Assembly: GCA_028684885.1 (NCBI GenBank)
Contig: JAQUFB010000001.1
Coordinates: 14,554 to 78,553, forward strand
Direction of reading: 5' to 3'
DNA from: Sulfurovum sp.
Lineage (GTDB): Bacteria > Campylobacterota > Campylobacteria > Campylobacterales > Sulfurovaceae
DNA length: 64,000 bases
Under the pieces are notes generated by a model. That model did not search any database. It was not told the origin of the DNA and saw nothing but the letters and a program-made list of their open reading frames with translations. The first letter of the stretch is position 1. The number at the start of each line of letters is the position of its first letter. The translations under genes and the position numbers were made by a program. Positions 26,820 to 37,500 of this stretch are shown here, piece after piece.

Positions 26820-27710
26820 CTAAAACAATTTTATTTTTTCAACAAGATCCGTAAAAAACTCTTTGCTCCATATATCCAACACTCTCCGATCGGAGATAAA
26901 CACCTCTACATCTCTTTTGGCAGCATTGATATCCAGATCTTCGATACGTTTTTTCAATATCTCCCGGATATACGACTGATCGATCGTTTCGGGCAAAGTG
27001 AATTGCTGTTTCTCCTGCCAGTCACAGCTTTGTCTTAGTCTGGCAGTCAGATGTTCGAAGTCCAGTTCATACCCATGGGAGATATACCACACCAGATCGT
27101 ACCAGTCGCGCCCCTTTGGTCTGCTGACCCAGCTTCTGCAAAGAATAGCATGCATTTTCCCTGCAAAGAGAGAAGGCAGTGTCATCGAATGGACAATAAA
27201 CGGAGATGGAGTCAAAAGGGTTTTCTTCTCACTGTTAAAATCAAGCGGAGGATGGGTATCCACTTCCAGTTTTATCTTGACGAGCTTACCCTGTCCAAAC
27301 TTCTGGATGATATCTTGCGGGGCTTCGATGTTGAGCAGGTGTTGTTCTGTATTGCCTTTGAGAAAAGCAGACTTGATCGCTCCTCTATTCTCTTTTAGCT
27401 CTATGTGTACATCAAATCCGAATGATTGCAACGTCTCCACTACGATATCTTCGTACTTGCCAAGGTCAAAATCAGGATCGGCCTTTATCAAAGAGAAGTC
27501 AAGGTCTTCAGAGAATCTCTCCAGGCCATAGAGGATACGCAGAGCCGTACCACCGTAAAAAAGTGCATGATCAAAAAAACCTCCCCGGGCCAGTCCAAGA
27601 AGTACGATCTCCTGAAGTATTTCACGAAGTGCTTCATGGGTTTTTTCAGCACACGAGAGGTCATATTTTTCAAGCATTTTGGCAATAGCAGGATGTATCG
27701 GCTTAGGCAC
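26820..27710 (-). CDS. abiEii: AbiEii nucleotidyltransferase toxin (type IV TA / abortive infection)
   Basis: FYGGTAL...RFSEDLDF, KLEVD and KGRDWYD motifs; likely GTG start at 27710. Confidence 0.88.
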   Translation of the reverse strand: MPKPIHPAIAKMLEKYDLSCAEKTHEALREILQEIVLLGLARGGFFDHALFYGGTALRILYGLERFSEDLDFSLIKADPDFDLGKYEDIVVETLQSFGFDVHIELKENRGAIKSAFLKGNTEQHLLNIEAPQDIIQKFGQGKLVKIKLEVDTHPPLDFNSEKKTLLTPSPFIVHSMTLPSLFAGKMHAILCRSWVSRPKGRDWYDLVWYISHGYELDFEHLTARLRQSCDWQEKQQFTLPETIDQSYIREILKKRIEDLDINAAKRDVEVFISDRRVLDIWSKEFFTDLVEKIKLF

Positions 27711-28353
27711 TTTTTTTCCTTTTGATAATGAGTTTGGCAAGGTTTGTAAGGTTGGATGAACGGTATGCCTGAGCGATCTGTGAGATAAGTGTTGCATCCA
27801 GGGCAACGACTTCCTCCCAATCAATGCGAAGATCATACATCAGATACTCTGAGAGTTTTTCCTGTGAAAGTTTACCGATCCCTCTGTCTGCACGTATTTT
27901 GTCACACAGAGCCTTTTCCGGTGTGGCGATCAGTTTACCCCCGTTATTGCTGTCGTAAAGCCAGTCTATACCCAGGGAATAAGCCTGCAAAGGTACCGGC
28001 TTGTAGGTAAAGCGTCCGATCGGGGTCTCAAAACTCTTTTTGCTATGCAGCGTTGCAGAGGTCACTTCATAAACCCTCTCCGGGATCAGTCCATAGTAGG
28101 ACAATGCATATTCATACGACACGTAAGAAGGGGTATAGAGCATATTGGCTGCGGTGATCAGATCAACAGGTTCTTGCTGGTACTCTGCTCCAAAGGCATA
28201 TATCCCCTTTTTCAGACGTATAAGCTCCCCTTTTTTGACCATATAGGAGATCTTTGCATTGACATTGCTTACCCTATCGGACAAAAGTGTTTCAAGTCTC
28301 TCATGGGTAAATACCGATGTGGTGATCTCTTTTTTTAGCTGCATGATATTCAT
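27703..28353 (-). CDS. abiEi: AbiEi antitoxin
   Basis: LIRLKKGIY winged helix, PSYVS..ALSYYGLIPE, IATPEKALCD; coupled upstream of abiEii. Confidence 0.85.
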   Translation of the reverse strand: MNIMQLKKEITTSVFTHERLETLLSDRVSNVNAKISYMVKKGELIRLKKGIYAFGAEYQQEPVDLITAANMLYTPSYVSYEYALSYYGLIPERVYEVTSATLHSKKSFETPIGRFTYKPVPLQAYSLGIDWLYDSNNGGKLIATPEKALCDKIRADRGIGKLSQEKLSEYLMYDLRIDWEEVVALDATLISQIAQAYRSSNLTNLAKLIIKRKKSA

Positions 28354-28452
28354 ACCAATATTCTATCCTATATATCTAAAATAGTATAGATAATACAAAA
28401 AATTTGTTTTATCTATTATTAAATAGCTATATTTTATATTGTTCATTTTTTT

Positions 28453-28479
28453 GGTTCCCCTGTTCAGGTGGGAATCCAT
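28453..28479. repeat. REP-like hairpin
   Basis: GGTTCCC-ctgttcaggt-GGGAATCCAT. Confidence 0.45.
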
Positions 28480-28599
28480 CATGGTATGTAAGATTTTTAA
28501 AGATATTTCACTTGTTTTATATCTCCCGATACAAACGAGAGGGGAAAAATAAACCTGTTTTTTGATGTATAATGAGATAGTTTAAAAGAAGGGGTAAGT

Positions 28600-29319
28600 A
28601 TGAGATCGACTGATGAACAAATGTATAAAAGCATATTTGATAACACCTTGGAGGCACTGAAGCACTATAAAAAAATACTCTTTTTGACCACTTCAAACCG
28701 TTGGCAGGGAGAAGAGGGCGGTGAAAAGCCCAAAAGCACTCAGTTGGCCTACGAGATCGTAAAGCGCCTTGGCGGCCCACAGGTCTCCATCATAGAAGTT
28801 CCGCTGTTCACGATCCATCCCTGTGAAGGCAATGTCTCGACCGAGAGAGGCAATACCTGCGGTGTGGCGGATGCGAGAACAAAAGATCCCTTCAAAAACC
28901 CCTCGGGCTATCACCGCTGCTGGGCAAGCGTCAACAATAAAGATGATGAGCTCTGGAAGATCAGCAAGGAGCTTTTTGCGTCGGAGTGTGTGGTCTTTTT
29001 CGGTTCGGTCCGCTGGGGGCAGATGAACAGCACATACCAAAAACTGATCGAACGTCTCACCTGGATAGAGAACAGGCACTCCACACTCGGGGAAGAGAAC
29101 ATCGTCCAAAATATCGATGCGGGCATCATTATCGTCTCACAAAACTGGAACAGCAGCCAGGTGCTCGATACCCAAAAGAAAGTGCTGGAGTTTTTTGGAT
29201 TTAACGTGGCAGAGGATCTGTGCTGGAATTGGCAGTACAGCAAGGACGAGACAGACGAAAGCCAATCCTCCTATATCGATGCGGCAAAGCAATTTGCAAA
29301 GATATTTTTGGGAGAATAA
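28600..29319 (+). CDS. Flavodoxin-fold NAD(P)H-dependent oxidoreductase (iron-sulfur flavoprotein-like)
   Basis: TTSNR, KST, HPCEGNVS..CG..RCW, VVFFGSVRWG, YQKLIERL. Confidence 0.72.
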   Translation: MRSTDEQMYKSIFDNTLEALKHYKKILFLTTSNRWQGEEGGEKPKSTQLAYEIVKRLGGPQVSIIEVPLFTIHPCEGNVSTERGNTCGVADARTKDPFKNPSGYHRCWASVNNKDDELWKISKELFASECVVFFGSVRWGQMNSTYQKLIERLTWIENRHSTLGEENIVQNIDAGIIIVSQNWNSSQVLDTQKKVLEFFGFNVAEDLCWNWQYSKDETDESQSSYIDAAKQFAKIFLGE

Positions 29320-29412
29320 AGGGCGATCAAAACAGAAAAATCTAAAGCGGAAAGTACTATAATCAATGATCTTTACTGTGCAGCAGCAATATGCATAAAA
29401 GGGGGACTAAAG

Positions 29413-31194
29413 ATGAAAAGATTACGTTTTTTGATATCTGCCGGATTGGCTGTGGCATTTTCTGCCCAATTTTCCTATGCAGCCCAAAAGCCTTTTGAAT
29501 TGAGCATCATACATATCAACGATCACCATTCCCATCTTGATCCGGAACCGTTGGAGTTAAAAAGAAACGGCAAAACTTATGAAATCGAAGCAGGAGGAAT
29601 GGCACGCGTGGCTTCGCAGATAAAAGCACTCAGGCAGCGATCCGAAAATCCTCTTGTCTTGCATGCCGGAGATGCAATGAGCGGGACATTGTATTTTACG
29701 CTGTTCAAAGGAGAAGCCGATGTAGAGCTGATGAATGAGACAGGGTTTGATGCTTTTACGCTTGGCAATCATGAGTTTGATGAAGGTGATGACGTGCTTG
29801 CCAAATTTATCGACAAAGCTAACTTCCCGGTCATCAGCGCAAACGTAGAGGTGTTGAAAGGTTCGGTGCTATCTGATAAATGGAAGCCTTACATCGTCAA
29901 AGAGATTGACGGACAAAAAGTAGGTATCATAGGGTTGGAGACAGCACAAAAGACATCCGCATCATCGCGTCCCAGCAGTGCAGTGAGCTTTTATGACGAG
30001 ATACTGAGAGCACAACGCTATACCGATGAGCTGCGCGCGCAAGGCGTAGAGAAAATTATTTTATTGAGTCACTTTGGATATGACAATGACCAAAGATTGG
30101 CTCAAAACACAAAAGGTATTGATGTCATTATCGATGGAGACTCGCACACTTTGCTTGGCGATTTTTCTGCTATAGGACTTGCATCTTCAGGCCAATATCC
30201 GACAATAGTGCGCTCTCTTGACGGAAAAGAGGTGTGCATAGCACAGGCATGGGAATACTCAAAAGCAGTCGGTGAGCTCCATGTCTTGTTTGATGGCAAG
30301 GGGAATGTAGCATCATGCAATGGAAAAACACACCTGATATCAGGAGAAAATATCTATCTCAAAGATGCCAAAGGAGAAAAGAAGCAGATAGGGAAGGATA
30401 AACTCTATGCTTTGCAAGATGCGCTTAAAAGCAGCGGTTCTTTGGCGATAGTCAATGATGATGAAAAAATTGCCCAAAAGCTCTCTGTGTATCAAGATCA
30501 GATCAAAAGCAAATCAGCTGAAGTGATAGGAACCATAGGCGAGGATCTGCGACACATCAGGGTGCCCGGCAAAACATATGACGGAGTCGACGGCAAAGCA
30601 CTGCCGCTTGGCAGTGAACTGGCTCCCGTGATAGCCGCATCTTTTTATCATGCCAGTCTAAGAGCAGATCTCTGCATACAAAATGCTGGCGGTGTCCGTT
30701 CCGGTCTTACTGGCGGACAAATGACGACCCAAGGGGTTTATGCACTTTTACCGTTTTCCAATACACTCGTAGAGATAGAACTCTCAGGAGCAGAAGTCAA
30801 GCAGGTGTTGGAAGATGCACTGATCAATTTTTATGACAACTACGGCTCGGACGGATCTTTCCCGTATGCGTATGGGCTTAGATATGATATAGATATGAGC
30901 AGACCCAAAAATGATCGGGTTTATAATATGGAGATCAAAGAACGCCGTAGCGGCAAATGGGTGCCTATAGACATGTCAAAACGCTATGTCGTAGTGGTCA
31001 ATAGCTATATTGCCGAGGGCAGGGACGGTTATACGACATTGCAAGAAGTGCAGCAGCAGCGCGGCAAAGGTGTTGATACCTATCTTGATTATGCTATGAG
31101 TTTTGCCAAATATGTTCAAAGTATAAACAAACAAGGCAAAAAGGTGATGAGATTGCCTAAGGAGGAGCATTGTATCAAAAGTTACAAGATCTGA
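29413..31194 (+). CDS. Exported 5'-nucleotidase / NAD nucleotidase (UshA/NadN family)
   Basis: Signal peptide; IHINDHHSH, AGD, GNHEFD, LSHFG, GDSHT, NAGGVR. Confidence 0.9.
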   Translation: MKRLRFLISAGLAVAFSAQFSYAAQKPFELSIIHINDHHSHLDPEPLELKRNGKTYEIEAGGMARVASQIKALRQRSENPLVLHAGDAMSGTLYFTLFKGEADVELMNETGFDAFTLGNHEFDEGDDVLAKFIDKANFPVISANVEVLKGSVLSDKWKPYIVKEIDGQKVGIIGLETAQKTSASSRPSSAVSFYDEILRAQRYTDELRAQGVEKIILLSHFGYDNDQRLAQNTKGIDVIIDGDSHTLLGDFSAIGLASSGQYPTIVRSLDGKEVCIAQAWEYSKAVGELHVLFDGKGNVASCNGKTHLISGENIYLKDAKGEKKQIGKDKLYALQDALKSSGSLAIVNDDEKIAQKLSVYQDQIKSKSAEVIGTIGEDLRHIRVPGKTYDGVDGKALPLGSELAPVIAASFYHASLRADLCIQNAGGVRSGLTGGQMTTQGVYALLPFSNTLVEIELSGAEVKQVLEDALINFYDNYGSDGSFPYAYGLRYDIDMSRPKNDRVYNMEIKERRSGKWVPIDMSKRYVVVVNSYIAEGRDGYTTLQEVQQQRGKGVDTYLDYAMSFAKYVQSINKQGKKVMRLPKEEHCIKSYKI

Positions 31195-31294
31195 TGTATG
31201 TGAATCTATGACCGGATATGAAGAAGTGTAGCACAATATATCCCACTCGTTCAATCTCAAGAGATAGAGAACGAGATGGGATGATGCAGGGAGA

Positions 31295-32530
31295 CTACTC
31301 CCTGATCTGTCCGTTTCCGTAGATCTTGTACTTATAGGTGGTCAGCCCTTCGATCCCCATAGGGCCTCTGGCATGCAGTTTGTTGGTACTGATGCCTACT
31401 TCTGCTCCAAACCCGAATGCACCGCCGTCGGTAAATCTGGTAGAGGCATTGACATAGACTGCGGCGGCATCGATCGCGTTCATGAACACCTCGGCCGTGG
31501 TGATGTTCTCGGTGATGATCGCCTCGGAGTGGCCGGAGCTGAAACGTACGATATGCTCTATGGCACCCTCCACCCCGTCAACGACTTTGATGTTGAGGAT
31601 ATTTGCCAGGTATTCCGTATCATAGTCCTCATCTGTCGCATCTTCCACATCGATGATCGCCTGTGTTCTGCTGTCGCCCTTGAGCTCTGTATGTGCCGCA
31701 TCGAATGCCTCTTTCAGCTGCGGAAGGATCTCTTCGGCGATGGCGCTGTCTACCAGCAGTGTCTCCATCGAGTTACAGACACCGGGTCTCTGCACTTTTG
31801 CATTGATAGCGATCCTGATCGCATTATCCCTGTTGGCATCCTTGTCGATATAGGTATGGCACTGCCCCTTGTCATGCTTGACCACGCTTACGGTCGCATT
31901 TTCACTGACATGCTTGATGAGCCCTGCACCGCCGCGAGGGATGATCAGATCGACATATTTGTCCATCTTGATGAGCTTGTCCACACCTTCTCTTGAAGCA
32001 TCCGGGATGAGGGCGATCAGCGCACGCGGAAGGTTGTTGGCCTCCAGGACATCCTGGAGGATCTTCGCAATGCTCTCATTGGAGTGTTGTGCCTCCTTAC
32101 CGCCTTTGAGTACACAGACATTGGAGCTCTTTAAACAGAGCGCTGCGGTATCCGAGGTGACGTTGGGGCGGCTTTCATAGATGATGCCGATTACACCGAT
32201 AGGGATAGAGACCTTCTGCATATGCAGACCATTCTCGGTGACCCACCCGTCAAGGATGCGACCCACGGGATCTTTCAGTGCAGCGATCTCCTCGATCGCC
32301 ACTGCCATCGCCTCGATCCTTTTTTCATCAAGCAGCAGTCTGTCCATCAACGCAGAGGAGAGATTGCTCTCCTCTCCGGCTTTCATATCCAGGGCATTGG
32401 CTTTGATCAGTGCCTGGGCATTGTCCCTGAGCCCCTGTGCCATCTCAAGGAGTATGCGCTTCTTCTCGGCACCGCTGATCGTCATCAGTACACGGCTGGC
32501 CTCTTTGGCTTCTTTTAAAAAACGTTCCAT
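31295..32530 (-). CDS. proA: Gamma-glutamyl phosphate reductase
   Basis: IYESRPNVT, VCNSME, NASTRFTDGG, KLHARGPMG. Confidence 0.95.
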   Translation of the reverse strand: MERFLKEAKEASRVLMTISGAEKKRILLEMAQGLRDNAQALIKANALDMKAGEESNLSSALMDRLLLDEKRIEAMAVAIEEIAALKDPVGRILDGWVTENGLHMQKVSIPIGVIGIIYESRPNVTSDTAALCLKSSNVCVLKGGKEAQHSNESIAKILQDVLEANNLPRALIALIPDASREGVDKLIKMDKYVDLIIPRGGAGLIKHVSENATVSVVKHDKGQCHTYIDKDANRDNAIRIAINAKVQRPGVCNSMETLLVDSAIAEEILPQLKEAFDAAHTELKGDSRTQAIIDVEDATDEDYDTEYLANILNIKVVDGVEGAIEHIVRFSSGHSEAIITENITTAEVFMNAIDAAAVYVNASTRFTDGGAFGFGAEVGISTNKLHARGPMGIEGLTTYKYKIYGNGQIRE

Positions 32531-32539
32531 GATCTTCCT

Positions 32540-32854
32540 TTATGCTTCAATATAGGTGCAGCAGTAATCCGTCACTGTATGCACTTTAAGATCAAAAGAG
32601 GAGTTCGCCGGGACATTGAAGGTTTCCGGTGTATGGAGGGTTCTCCATCCTTCACCCGGAAGTTTTATCTCCAGCTCGCCGCTCATCATCTCCATGATCT
32701 CCGCTTCCTGTGTGTTGAAGGTGTATTCGCCCGGCAGCATGACGCCCAGTGTCTGTCTTGTCCCGTCTGCCAGCGTGATCGCTCTGCTTGTTACTTTGCC
32801 GTCGAAGTAGATATTTGCCTCTTTGATCATTGATATGTTTTCAAGTTTTGTCAT
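32540..32854 (-). CDS. ppnP: Pyrimidine/purine nucleoside phosphorylase (YaiE)
   Basis: ANIYFDGKVTS, TLGVMLPGEY, FNVPANSSF. Confidence 0.9.
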   Translation of the reverse strand: MTKLENISMIKEANIYFDGKVTSRAITLADGTRQTLGVMLPGEYTFNTQEAEIMEMMSGELEIKLPGEGWRTLHTPETFNVPANSSFDLKVHTVTDYCCTYIEA

Positions 32855-32870
32855 TATGTTTTCCTTTTAT

Positions 32871-33638
32871 TTAGTTTTTTGCTTTCAGTTCTTTGGCTTT
32901 TGCATAGGCATCGGCGATCGCTTCCATCATCCCGTGGCGCACATTGCACCGCTCCAGTGCCGCGTACCCCGCAGCAGTCGTACCGCCCGGGCTCATCACC
33001 CCGTCCTTGATCAGTGCGGGATTTTCCTCTGCAATGAGTGCGGCAAAGCCCTCAAAGAGTCCTGCCACCAGCGTCTGGGCATCCCCGCGTTTCAGCCCCT
33101 GGTTTACCGCGCCGTCAGCCAAAGCCTCAGCGACAAGTGCCAGAAATGCCGGGCCGCTTCCCGCAACGCCTGTGGCGATATCCAGCTCGTTTTCCGTAGC
33201 GAGCCACAGGGTCCTGCCGATAGCATTGAAGAGCTCCAGCGCCGTTGCTTTAAGCGATGTGTCCCCGGTCACTGTGGTCATCGACTTGAGGTGGCTGGCA
33301 CCGAGGTTCGGCATCGTCCTGATGAACTTTTTGGCAGGAAGCTGCGACCTGAGGCTCTCCAGCGAAGTCCCTGCCAATACCGAGAAGATCGCTTCAGCTT
33401 CCCCTTTCAGTTTTGGCGCGAGGTCGGGAAGAGAGTAGGGTTTGACAGCGAGAATGATGTGCTTTCCTGTGATATCCTCCGTCTCGCCCATCACTTTCGT
33501 TGTGATCTGGGGCAGCTCTTTTTGCAGTGCGGCCAGGGTAGTCTCGTTTCTCCCTAGTACCTCTATCTCATACTTCTTTACCATGCCCTTGATGAGCGCT
33601 TTCGCCATGTTGCCGTTTCCGATAAATGTCAGTTTCAT
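32871..33638 (-). CDS. proC: Pyrroline-5-carboxylate reductase
   Basis: IGNGNMA, LAVKP, RTMPN, GSGPAF, VMSPGGTT. Confidence 0.95.
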   Translation of the reverse strand: MKLTFIGNGNMAKALIKGMVKKYEIEVLGRNETTLAALQKELPQITTKVMGETEDITGKHIILAVKPYSLPDLAPKLKGEAEAIFSVLAGTSLESLRSQLPAKKFIRTMPNLGASHLKSMTTVTGDTSLKATALELFNAIGRTLWLATENELDIATGVAGSGPAFLALVAEALADGAVNQGLKRGDAQTLVAGLFEGFAALIAEENPALIKDGVMSPGGTTAAGYAALERCNVRHGMMEAIADAYAKAKELKAKN

Positions 33639-34438
33639 AAACCGCCTTTCTCTGTTTTGGTTGCTTTTTTTACACTTCCTTTCGGAGTAAAGAGTGTCCC
33701 CAGCGTATGTTTTCCTTCCATCAGGTAGGATTCGGTTGCGCTGAGATCAAATCCGTTCGCAAGGAACATCTGTCTGCCTCTTTTCATCATAAAATCGGCT
33801 GCTTTCAGCTTGGTGACGATACCCCCGGTCGCGAAGGGATCATTCGGTGTCGCCTGTGCTTCAAGCACACCCTCCGGCAGTTCATCCAGGACTTTATAGG
33901 GCTTTGCATCGTGGTATTTGGACGGATCTTTGTCAAAGTAGCCGTTAATATCACTTAGTATCACCAGCATATCGGCATCGACCGCATGTGCGACATTTGC
34001 GGAGAGCTGGTCATTATCTCCAAAAAGCTGTTCGGGGGTAGAGCTGATATCGTTTTCATTCACAATGGGAAGGATATCGTTTGCAAGGTGTGCATTGATG
34101 ATCTCCTGAAACATTTTTGTGCGTTTTCTTGAGTCAAAATCATCTTCGGTAAGAAGGATCTGCGCGGTATCTATATCAAAGATATCGAACATCCGTTTGT
34201 AGGATGACATCAGGATCGGCTGCCCGGCAGCGGCGATCGCTTTTTTGCCGATCTGTTTGGATTTATCCAGTTTCAGTGCAGAGTATCCTGCACCTACCGC
34301 ACCGGAAGATACCAGTACAACCTCATATTTGGATCTCAGCTTTGCAATCAGATAGACGAGATTCATCATCCTCTCTTTTGCGATCACATTATGCTCGGTA
34401 ATGACAGCTGTACCTACTTTAATGACAATTCTTTCCAT
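33635..34438 (-). CDS. proB: Glutamate 5-kinase (no PUA domain)
   Basis: VIKVGT, VSSGAV, NENDI, FGDNDQLSA, TGGIVTKL. Confidence 0.93.
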   Translation of the reverse strand: MERIVIKVGTAVITEHNVIAKERMMNLVYLIAKLRSKYEVVLVSSGAVGAGYSALKLDKSKQIGKKAIAAAGQPILMSSYKRMFDIFDIDTAQILLTEDDFDSRKRTKMFQEIINAHLANDILPIVNENDISSTPEQLFGDNDQLSANVAHAVDADMLVILSDINGYFDKDPSKYHDAKPYKVLDELPEGVLEAQATPNDPFATGGIVTKLKAADFMMKRGRQMFLANGFDLSATESYLMEGKHTLGTLFTPKGSVKKATKTEKGGL

Positions 34439-34502
34439 TATTTTTTACTTCCCTCACGGTTTATTTTATATATTATATCAAGATACATTTTTAATCTAAA
34501 TG

Positions 34503-37500
34503 TTACACCTCTTTGAACTGCAATCCCTGTATCCCGAGATTTCCGTATCGATGGTAGCTGTTTGAGATACTCTGTTCGATAAAGTAGTGCATCAGTTCGA
34601 TACGTCCGTGCGATACAAAGGGCTCTCTGGCAATATAGATCGCCTGCTCAGCAATACGATCAAAGATATCTTCCGAGACATTTTCGGGATGCAGAAATCG
34701 GATCCGCTGATAGTCCGGCATCAGTGCGATCAATGCCTCCTGACTATCCCGGGTCATCGCATCCTCTTTACCTATAAAGCTTGCCTGTTTGGACTCCAGC
34801 CAGAGGAACTCAGCCTGCTTTGAGTGCTCGGGCAGGGAGATATGCAGGTTCGCACCGATCATTTTGATCGCCATGACCGTTGTCAGTATCTCTTCCAGCC
34901 GATCTCCCTCTTCAAGCCTTAAAAGCACATTTTTGACAGGCAGATAACGAATGATGTTGGATTCGCCTCTGATGTGCGCATAGTCGTGTTCTTTCAGGAA
35001 CTCTATCTCATGCCAATGCGCAAAGTGGCAGATGTGGCGCAGCGCGGCTTCGCACTCTTCGTGAAAGACGGTATCCCTGGTAAGGAGTGTACGCATCTGG
35101 TCGATATAGGGGGTGGAGCAGGACTCATAGAGGTTCGTCTCCTGGTAGCTGATATCCATGAACTGGCTGACATAGTTGAACCCTCCCGCTTTTTTCCCGC
35201 TTCCGATCGCAGATTTTCTCATCCCTCCGAAGGGCTGGCGCACTACAATGGCCCCTGTCGTTCCCCGGTTGATATAGAGGTTTCCTGCGATGATCTTCTC
35301 TTTCCATTTTTCCTGTTCTCTTTGGTCGAGGGATTCCAGTCCGGAGGTCAGCCCATATCCCGTGGCATTGACGATCTCTATGGCATGGTCGAGGTTTTCC
35401 GCTCTCATGACGCTCAGAACCGGCCCGAAAAGCTCATTCATATGACAGAAGTCTCCCTCTTTTGTACCCCATCTTACGGAGGGCTTGAGCATATAGGGGT
35501 TTCCTCTGTCTGCAAAGTCCGGTTTGACCAGCCAGGCTTCTCTCTCATCCAGATAAGTCAGTGATTTTTCGAGATTGCCTGTCGGGCGGCTGGAAAGCGT
35601 GCCTATCCTGTTACTGAAGTCCCATACCGAACCGGTATGCAGGGACTCTGCGGCCTCTTTGAGCTGCATTTGATAGGTTTCATCATCGTAGAGTTCTTTT
35701 TCGAGCACGAGCAGAGAGGTCGCCGAACACTTCTGGCCCGAGTTATGGAATGCTGAAGCCATGACGTGGCCAAGCGCCTGATCACGGTCTGCCATCGCAG
35801 TGACGATCGTGGCATCTTTTCCCCCGGTCTCTGCACTGAGGTGAATATCGGGGCGGGACTGGATGATCCTGTATGCGGTCTCTTCTCCGCCTGTAAGGAT
35901 CGTAAAGTCGATCGCTTTGTCCGGTATCATATGCTCGTTCACCTCAGAACCGCGGCCGGGGACGAACTGAAGGGTCTTTTTGCTTATCCCCGCATCCCAG
36001 AAACATTGGCAGAGCCTGTATCCGCAGAGTACAGCATCGCGGGATGGCTTGAGTATCACCGTGTTCCCCGCGGCAAGAGAGGCGGCGATGCCCCCTGCCG
36101 GGATCGCTATGGGGAAGTTCCACGGACTGATGACTAGGCCGACCCCTTTTCCTGCCGTCTCTATGCCGGTCAATCCGGAGAGTTTGCTGACACTGTAGGG
36201 GTAGAAATTGGCAAAGTCTATCGCTTCGCTGACCTCCACATCGGTCTCTGTAAAGACTTTGCCGACTTCGGCTGCCGCAATCCCGATAAGGTCCGCTCTT
36301 GCAACCCTCAGCTCATGGGCTACATCCATCATGATCTTCTGTCTCTCATGAGGGGAGAGTGTCCGCCAGCCGTCAGGATCGGCTTTTGCCGTGGCGATCG
36401 CCGTTTTCATCTCCTCCGGGAGCGCTTCGACATAGCGGCCTGCCAGTCTCTTCTCATGGTATTGGGATTTGTCGATCACCTCGGTATAGCTCTCTCTTTG
36501 AATGATCTTGCCGCCGACTACGGGATAGGCGCTAAACCCTCCCGCATCGCCGATATGCTGCCACTTATCACGGATCTTTTCCGCCCATTTCCTGTTGGCC
36601 GGCAGGACAAAGTCGGTATCGGGTTCGTTTCTGAAATGATAGGAGGCAGGGTCTGTCTCCTCTTTGATCACCTCACGGTTTCTGTCCTGCATCCGGTAAG
36701 GCTGCCGGTCGAGGGTTGGGATGAAGGCGATGGCATCCTCGTAGGTCTGCACAAGCCTTTCCCACTCGGGCGTATCCACCTTCAGTCCGAAGCTGTGACG
36801 CAGAAAGTTCTGCTCGGCGGTATTCTCATCAAACCTTCGTACCAGGTAGGCGATGGCATTGGTAAAGGTCTCTTTGGTGGCGGTAGGAGCATAGAGGATG
36901 ACATTGAGCCCCTCTTTTTTCAGGAGATGATAGGCGGCTTCGCTCATCCCTTCAAGCATCTCCGCACTCACATAGGCTTCCACGCCACGCTCTTTTGCCA
37001 GAAGCATCCCCAGGGCTTGGTCAAAAAGGTTGTGCGAGGCGATACCGGTATGGACATAGGGGGCAACCTCCGGGTCGAGCAGGTAGTCCATGGCGATCTT
37101 GTAGTTGGCATCCGACTGTGCTTTGTGCGTATAGGTGACATTGGGCCATCCGCGCAGCGAAGCTTCTGTCAGTTCCATCTCCTGGTTGGCCCCTTTGACG
37201 ATACGGATCTTGATCGGCGCACCGCCGCTCTCTACTCTTCTCTTTGCCCACGCGGCAAGATCTCTGATATAGAGCATCGCATCGGGCAGATAGGTCTGGA
37301 TCACGATACCTGCATGGAGGTCTTTGAACTCCTCGGTTGAGAGTACCTTTTTGAAGGAGTCGATCGTGATGGCGATATCCCGGTACTCCTCCATATCCAG
37401 ATTGACAAACTTGTGGCAGGTGTTCCCCTCTTTGTCGGTATAGGTATTGGCTTTTGCGGCACGATAGACCCTTGCGAGTTGGCTGGATATCTTTGCGACA

